Shown piece after piece: positions 56,501 through 64,000 of a DNA stretch of 64,000 nt (position 1 is its first letter; the number at the start of each line of letters is the position of its first letter). The stretch covers positions 34,596,001 to 34,660,000 of the forward strand of contig OZ024758.1 in the NCBI GenBank assembly GCA_964016885.1. The letters run 5' to 3'. The translations under genes were made by a program, and so were the position numbers. The stretch comes from Eledone cirrhosa. Taxonomy: Eukaryota. The notes beneath the pieces are model-generated. The model saw only the letters and a program-made list of their open reading frames with translations. It searched no databases and was not told the DNA's origin.

Positions 56501-59336
56501 ACGCCACTGTTGGTGAGAATTCATTTAAGTTCATGGTATTAGCTGTCAGAAGTAACTCCACTGTTGGTGAGAATTCATTTAAGTTCATGGTACTAGCTGT
56601 CAGAAGTAACTCCAATGTTGGTGAGAATTCATTTAAGTAAATGGTATTAGCTGTCAGAAGGAACTCCACTGTTGCTGAGAATTCATTTAAGTTCATGGTA
56701 TTAGCTGTCAGAAGTAACTCCACTGTTGGTGAGAATTCATTTAAGTTCATGGTACTAGCTGTCAGAAGTCACTCCACTGTTGGTGAGAAAACATTTAAGT
56801 TCATGGTACTAGCTGTCAGAAGTAACCCCAATGTTGGTGAGAATTCATTTAAGTTCATGGTATTAGCTGTCAGAAGTAACTCCACTGTTGGTGAGAATTC
56901 ATTTAAGTTCATGGTACTAGCTGTCAGAAGTAACTCCAATGTTGGTGAGAATTCATTTAAGTTCATGGTATTAGCTGTCAGAAGGAACTCCACTGTTGCT
57001 GAGAATTCATTTAAGTTCATGGTATTAGCTGTCAGAAGTAACTCCACTGTTGGTGAGAATTCATTTAAGTTCATGGTACTAGCTGTCAGAAGTCACTCCA
57101 CTGTTGGTGAGAATACATTTAAGTTCATGGTACTAGCTGTCAGAAGTAACCCCAATGTTGGTGAGAATTCATTTAAGTTCATGGTATTAGCTGTCAGAAG
57201 TCACTCCAATGTTGGTGAGAATTCATTTAAGTTCATGGTATTAGCTGTCAGAAGTAACTCCACTGTTGGTGAGAATTCATTTAAGTTCATGGTATTAGCT
57301 GTCAGAAGGAACGCCACTGTTGGTGAGAATTCATTTAAGTTCATGGTATTAGCTGTCAGAAGTAACTCCACTGTTGGTGAGAATTCATTTAAGTTCATGG
57401 TACTAGCTGTCAGAAGTAACTCCACTGTTGGTGAGAATTCATTTAAGTTCATGGTATTAGCTGTCAGAAGTCACTCCAATGTTGGTGAGAATTCATTTAA
57501 GTTCATGGTATTAGCTGTCAGAAGTCACTCCACTGTTGGTGAGAATTCATTTAAGTTCATGGTACTAGCTGTCAGAAGTAACCCCAATGTTGGTGAGAAT
57601 TCATTTAAGTTCATGGTATTAGCTGTCAGAAGTCACTCCAATGTTGGTGAGAATTCATTTAAGTTCATGGTATTAGCTGTCAGAAGTAACTCCACTGTTG
57701 GTGAGAATTCATTTAAGTCATGGTATTAGCTGTCAGAAGTAACTCCAATGTTGGTGAGAATTCATTTAAGTTCATGGTATTAGCTGTCAGAAGTCACTCC
57801 ACTGTTGGTGAGAATTCATTTAAGTTCATGGTACTAGCTGTCAGAAGTAACCCCAATGTTGGTGAGAATTCATTTAAGTTCATGGTATTAGCTGTCAGAA
57901 GTCACTCCAATGTTGGTGAGAATTCATTTAAGTTCATGGTATTAGCTGTCAGAAGTAACTCCACTGTTGGTGAGAATTCATTTAAGTTCATGGTATTAGC
58001 TGTCAGAAGTAACTCCACTGTTGGTGAGAATTCATTTAAGTTCATGGTATTAGCTGTCAGAAGTAACTCCACTGTTGGTGAGAATTCATTTAAGTTCATG
58101 GTATTAGCTGTCAGAAGGAACTCCAATGTTGGTGAGAATTCATTTAAGTCATGGTACTAGCTGTCAGAAGTAACTCCACTGTTGGTAAGAATTCATTTAA
58201 GTTCATGGTATTAGTTGTCAGAAGGAACGCCACTGTTGGTGAGAATTCATTTAAATTCATGGTATTAGCTGTCAGAAGTAACCCCACTGTTGGTGAGAAT
58301 TCATTTAAGTTCATGGTACTAGCTGTCAGAAGTAACTCCAATGTTGGTGAGAATTCATTTAAGTTCATGGTATTAGCTGTCAGAAGTAACTCCACTGTTG
58401 GTGAGAATTCATTTAAGTTCATGGTATTAGCTGTCAGAAGTCACTCCAATGTTGGTGAGAATTCATTTAAGTCATGGTACTAGCTGTCAGAAGTAACTCC
58501 ACTGTTGGTGAGAATTCATTTAAGCTCATTGTATTAGCTGTCAGAAGGAACGCCACTGTTGGTGAGAATTCATTTAAGTTCATGGTATTAGCTGTCAGAA
58601 GTAACTCCACTGTTGGTGAGAATTCATTTAAGTTCATGGTACTAGCTGTCAGAAGTAACTCCAATGTTGGTGAGAATTCATTTAAGTTCATGGTATTAGC
58701 TGTCAGAAGGAACTCCACTGTTGCCGAGAATTCATTTAAGTTCATGGTATTAGCTGTCAGAAGTAACTCCACTGTTGGTGAGAATTCATTTAAGTTCATG
58801 GTACTAGCTGTCAGAAGTCACTCCACTGTTGGTGAGAATACATTTAAGTTCATGGTACTAGCTGTCAGAAGTAACCCCAATGTTGGTGAGAATTCATTTA
58901 AGTTCATGGTATTAGCTGTCAGAAGTCACTCCAATGTTGGTGAGAATTCATTTAAGTTCATGGTATTAGCTGTCAGAAGTAACTCCACTGTTGGTAAGAA
59001 TTCATTTAAGTTCATGGTATTAGCTGTCAGAAGTAACTCCACTGTTGGTGAGAATTCATTTAAGTTCATGGTATTAGCTGTCAGAAGGAACGCCACTGTT
59101 GGTGAGAATTCATTTAAGTTCATGGTATTAGCTGTCAGAAGTAACTCCACTGTTGGTGAGAATTCATTTAAGTTCATGGTACTAGCTGTCAGAAGTAACT
59201 CCACTGTTGGTGAGAATTCATTTAAGTTCATGGTATTAGCTGTCAGAAGTCACTCCAATGTTGGTGAGAATTCATTTAAGTTCATGGTATTAGCTGTCAG
59301 AAGTCACTCCACTGTTGGTGAGAATTCATTTAAGTC
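44564..59336. repeat. Zone of recurrent 8-mer + 6-mer + variable (15-24-mer) HOR units
   Basis: The 431-bp 8-mer starts at 44564, 46451, 48500, 50063, 51788, 53351, 55671 and 57720 (also 28169, 63060). It is usually followed by a 323-bp 6-mer and a derivative of the 21-mer. Confidence 0.88.
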
Positions 59337-61009
59337 ATGGTATTAGCTGTCAGAAGTAACTCCAATGTTGGTGAGAATTCATTTAAGTTCATGGTATTAG
59401 CTGCCAGAAGTCACTCCACTGTTGGTGAGAATTCATTTAAGTTCATGGTACTAGCTGTCAGAAGTAACCCCAATGTTGGTGAGAATTCATTTAAGTTCAT
59501 GGTATTAACTGTCAGAAGTCACTCCAATGTTGGTGAGAATTCATTTAAGTTCATGGTATTAGCTGTCAGAAGTAACTCCACTGTTGGTGAGAATTCATTT
59601 AAGTTCATGGTATTAGCTGTCAGAAGTAACTCCACTGTTGGTGAGAATTCATTTAAGTTCATGGTATTAGATGTCAGAAGTAACTCCACTGTTGGTGAGA
59701 ATTCATTTAAGTTCATGGTATTAGCTGTCAGAAGTAACTCCACTGTTGGTGAGAATTCATTTAAGTTCATGGTATTAGCTGTCAGAAGTAACTCCACTGT
59801 TGGTGAGAATTCATTTAAGTTCATGGTACTAGCTGTCAGAAGTAACTCCAATGTTGGTGAGAATTCATTTAAGTTCATGGTATTAGCTGTCAGAAGTAAC
59901 TCCAATGTTGGTGAGAATTCATTTAAGTTCATGGTATTAGCTGTCAGAAGGAACTCCACTGTTGCCGAGAATTCATTTAAGTTCATGGTATTAGCTGTCA
60001 GAAGTAACTCCACTGTTGGTGAGAATTCATTTAAGTTCATGGTACTAGCTGTCAGAAGTCACTCCACTGTTGGTGAGAATACATTTAAGTTCATGGTACT
60101 AGCTGTCAGAAGTAACCCCAATGTTGGTGAGAATTCATTTAAGTTCATGGTATTAGCTGTCAGAAGTCACTCCAATGTTGGTGAGAATTCATTTAAGTTC
60201 ATGGTATTAGCTGTCAGAAGTAACTCCACTGTTGGTAAGAATTCATTTAAGTTCATGGTATTAGCTGTCAGAAGTAACTCCACTGTTGGTGAGAATTCAT
60301 TTAAGTTCATGGTATTAGCTGTCAGAAGGAACGCCACTGTTGGTGAGAATTCATTTAAGTTCATGGTATTAGCTGTCAGAAGTAACTCCACTGTTGGTGA
60401 GAATTCATTTAAGTTCATGGTACTAGCTGTCAGAAGTAACTCCACTGTTGGTGAGAATTCATTTAAGTTCATGGTATTAGCTGTCAGAAGTCACTCCAAT
60501 GTTGGTGAGAATTCATTTAAGTTCATGGTATTAGCTGTCAGAAGTCACTCCACTGTTGGTGAGAATTCATTTAAGTCATGGTATTAGCTGTCAGAAGTAA
60601 CTCCAATGTTGGTGAGAATTCATTTAAGTTCATGGTATTAGCTGCCAGAAGTCACTCCACTGTTGGTGAGAATTCATTTAAGTTCATGGTACTAGCTGTC
60701 AGAAGTAACCCCAATGTTGGTGAGAATTCATTTAAGTTCATGGTATTAACTGTCAGAAGTCACTCCAATGTTGGTGAGAATTCATTTAAGTTCATGGTAT
60801 TAGCTGTCAGAAGTAACTCCACTGTTGGTGAGAATTCATTTAAGTTCATGGTATTAGCTGTCAGAAGTAACTCCACTGTTGGTGAGAATTCATTTAAGTT
60901 CATGGTATTAGCTGTCAGAAGTAACTCCACTGTTGGTGAGAATTCATTTAAGTTCATGGTATTAGCTGTCAGAAGTAACTCCACTGTTGGTGAGAATTCA
61001 TTTAAGTTC
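58690..61009. repeat. Tandem duplication with 23-monomer (1241 bp) period
   Basis: Private SNPs at offset 1241: GTTGCCGAG (58725/59966), GCTGCCAGA (monomers 59391/60632), TTAACT-HSN (59499/60740). Confidence 0.87.
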
Positions 61010-64000
61010 ATGGTATTAGCTGTCAGAAGGAACGCCACTGTTGGTGAGAATTCATTTAAATTCATGGTATTAGCTGTCAGAAGTAACTCCACTGTTGGTG
61101 AGAATTCATTTAAGTTCATGGTACTAGCTGTCAGAAGTAACTCCAATGTTGGTGAGAATTCATTTAAGTTCATGGTATTAGCTGTCAGAAGGAATTCCAC
61201 TGTTGCTGAGAATTCATTTAAGTTCATGGTATTAGCTGTCAGAAGTAACTCCACTGTTGGTGAGAATTCATTTAAGTTCATGGTACTAGCTGTCAGAAGT
61301 AACTCCACTGTTGGTGAGAATTCATTTAAGTTCATGGTATTAGCTGTCAGAAGTCACTCCAATGTTGGTGAGAATTCATTTAAGTTCATGGTATTAGCTG
61401 TCAGAAGTCACTCCACTGTTGGTGAGAATTCATTTAAGTTCATGGTACTAGCTGTCAGAAGTAACCCCAATGTTGGTGAGAATTCATTTAAGTTCATGGT
61501 ATTAGCTGTCAGAAGTCACTCCAATGTTGGTGAGAATTCATTTAAGTTCATGGTATTAGCTGTCAGAAGTAACTCCACTGTTGGTGAGAATTCATTTAAG
61601 TTCATGGTATTAGTTTGTCAGAAGTAACTCCACTGTTGGTGAGAATTCATTTAAGTCATGGTATTAGTTGTCAGAAGTAACTCCAATGTTGGTGAGAATT
61701 CATTTAAGTTCATGGTATTAGCTGTCAGAAGGAACTCCACTGTTGGTGAGAATTCATTTAAGTTCATGGTATTAGCTGTCAGAAGGTACTCCAATGTTGG
61801 TGAGAATTCATTTAAGTCATGGTACTAGCTGTCAGATGTAACTCCACTGTTGGTGAGAATTCATTTAAGTTCATGGTATTAGCTGTCAGAAGGAACGCCA
61901 CTGTCGGTGAGAATTCATTTAAATTCATGGTATTAGCTGTCAGAAGTAACTCCACTGTTGGTGAGATTTAATTTAAGTTCATGGTACTAGCTGTCAGAAG
62001 TAACTCCAATGTTGGTGAGAATTCATTTAAGTTCATGGTATTAGCTGTCAGAAGTAACTCCACTGTTGGTGAGAATTCATTTAAGTTCATGGTATTAGCT
62101 GTCAGAAGTCACTCCAATGTTGGTGAGAATTCATTTAAGTTCATGGTATTAGCTGTCAGAAGTAACTCCACTGTTGGTGAGAATTCATTTAAGTTCATTG
62201 TATTAGCTGTCAGAAGGAACGCCACTGTTGGTGAGAATTCATTTAAGTTCATGGTATTAGCTGTCAGAAGTAACTCCACTGTTGGTGAGAATTCATTTAA
62301 GTTCATGGTACTAGCTGTCAGAAGTAACTCCAATGTTGGTGAGAATTCATTTAAGTTCATGGTATTAGCTGTCAGAAGTCACTCCAATGTTGGTGAGAAT
62401 TCATTTAAGTTCATGGTATTAGCTGTCAGAAGTCACTCCACTGTTGGTAAGAATTCATTTAAGTTCATGGTATTAGCTGTCAGAAGTAACTCCACTGTTG
62501 GTGAGAATTCATTTAAGTTCATGGTATTAGCTGTCAGAAGGAACGCCACTGTTGGTGAGAATTCATTTAAGTTCATGGTATTAGCTGTCAGAAGTAACTC
62601 CACTGTTGGTGAGAATTCATTTAAGTTCATGGTACTAGCTGTCAGAAGTAACTCCACTGTTGGTGAGAATTCATTTAAGTTCATGGTATTAGCTGTCAGA
62701 AGTCACTCCAATGTTGGTGAGAATTCATTTAAGTTCATGGTATTAGCTGTCAGAAGTCACTCCACTGTTGGTGAGAATTCATTTAAGTTCATGGTACTAG
62801 CTGTCAGAAGTAACCCCAATGTTGGTGAGAATTCATTTAAGTTCATGGTATTAGCTGTCAGAAGTCACTCCAATGTTGGTGAGAATTCATTTAAGTTCAT
62901 GGTATTAGCTGTCAGAAGTAACTCCACTGTTGGTGAGAATTCATTTAAGTTCATGGTATTAGCTGTCAGAAGTAACTCCACTGTTGGTGAGAATTCATTT
63001 AAGTTCATGGTATTAGCTGTCAGAAGTAACTCCACTGTTGGTGAGAATTCATTTAAGTCATGGTATTAGCTGTCAGAAGTAACTCCAATGTTGGTGAGAA
63101 TTCATTTAAGTTCATGGTATTAGCTGTCAGAAGTCACTCCACTGTTGGTGAGAATTCATTTAAGTTCATGGTACTAGCTGTCAGAAGTAACCCCAATGTT
63201 GGTGAGAATTCATTTAAGTTCATGGTATTAGCTGTCAGAAGTCACTCCAATGTTGGTGAGAATTCATTTAAGTTCATGGTATTAGCTGTCAGAAGTAACT
63301 CCACTGTTGGTGAGAATTCATTTAAGTTCATGGTATTAGCTGTCAGAAGTAACTCCACTGTTGGTGAGAATTCATTTAAGTTCATGGTATTAGCTGTCAG
63401 AAGTAACTCCACTGTTGGTGAGAATTCATTTAAGTTCATGGTATTAGCTGTCAGAAGGAACTCCAATGTTGGTGAGAATTCATTTAAGTCATGGTACTAG
63501 CTGTCAGAAGTAACTCCACTGTTGGTGTGAATTCATTTAAGTTCATGGTATTAGCTGTCAGAAGGAACGCCACTGTTGGTGAGAATTCATTTAAATTCAT
63601 GGTATTAGCTGTCAGAAGTAACTCCACTGTTGGTGAGAATTCATTTAAGTTCATTGTATTAGCTGTCAGAAGGAACGCCACTGTTGGTGAGAATTCATTT
63701 AAGTTCATGGTATTAGCTGTCAGAAGTAACTCCACTGTTGGTGAGAATTCATTTAAGTTCATGGTACTAGCTGTCAGAAGTAACTCCAATGTTGGTGAGA
63801 ATTCATTTAAGTTCATGGTATTAGCTGTCAGAAGGAACTCCACTGTTGCTGAGAATTCATTTAAGTTCATGGTATTAGCTGTCAGAAGTAACTCCACTGT
63901 TGGTGAGAATTCATTTAAGTTCATGGTACTAGCTGTCAGAAGTCACTCCACTGTTGGTGAGAATACATTTAAGTTCATGGTACTAGCTGTCAGAAGTAAC

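Larger units (their letters stand above)
1..64000. repeat. 54-bp tandem repeat (satellite DNA) array, 1186 full monomers (28..63976), extends past both window edges
   Basis: Every position fits the monomer ATGGTATTAGCTGTCAGAAGTAACTCCACTGTTGGTGAGAATTCATTTAAGTTC or a variant usually differing by 0-3 bases, all in one orientation. Check: 28 to 63491 = 63463 bp = 1177x54 - 96 (T deletions) - 2 (C deletions) + 3 (insertions). Confidence 0.99.

Noticed and set aside
511-63924. The many ORFs (65-632 aa) as real genes or a repeat-protein family
   Set aside because: They are pure translations of the monomer with no unique N- or C-terminus, promoter or UTR. Boundaries are set by the recurrent T deletion (+ strand) or the CAC allele creating TGA (- strand), and most common variants are non-synonymous.
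1-64000. CRISPR array or other repeat-spacer system
   Set aside because: The variable part is a few SNPs with a handful of recurring alleles; there are no unique spacers, leader or cas genes.
1-64000. Antigenic-variation cassettes or diversity-generating retroelement
   Set aside because: No expression locus, recombinase or reverse transcriptase; variants are inherited in blocks and are not adenine-specific diversification.
1-64000. CENP-B box, telomeric repeat, tRNA/5S/rRNA or transposon ends
   Set aside because: No TTCG...CGGG motif, no TTAGG(G)-type tandem units, no recognisable RNA gene structure, and no insertion, inversion or target-site duplication seen.

Overview
The whole 64-kb window is one uninterrupted, head-to-tail tandem array of a 54-bp monomer (consensus ATGGTATTAGCTGTCAGAAGTAACTCCACTGTTGGTGAGAATTCATTTAAGTTC, about 37% GC, one EcoRI GAATTC and one AluI AGCT site per unit, no CpG). 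By hand count there are 1186 complete monomers between 28 and 63976 plus partial units at both ends. 96 monomers lack one T (AAGTTC>AAGTC), 2 lack a C and 3 carry a 1-bp insertion; these counts reconcile exactly with the coordinates. I found no unique sequence, gene, RNA gene, transposon, inversion or CRISPR spacer. All listed ORFs are by-products of an 18-codon monomer that is stop-free in one frame on each strand. It is best read as a satellite DNA array, probably eukaryotic heterochromatin or (peri)centromere; the organism and family cannot be identified from sequence alone. The real structure lies in the order of about a dozen monomer variants, named here by their + frame translation of codons 7-10 without the leading S (e.g. 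NST, HSN, RNAT; c- = CTA allele, del = 53-bp unit). They form a higher-order repeat (about 35-mer, with 26-mer and 40-mer derivatives), regional zones with private alleles, and nested 0.05-16 kb duplications traceable by rare SNPs. I found no supportable evidence for a novel protein-coding or defence system.
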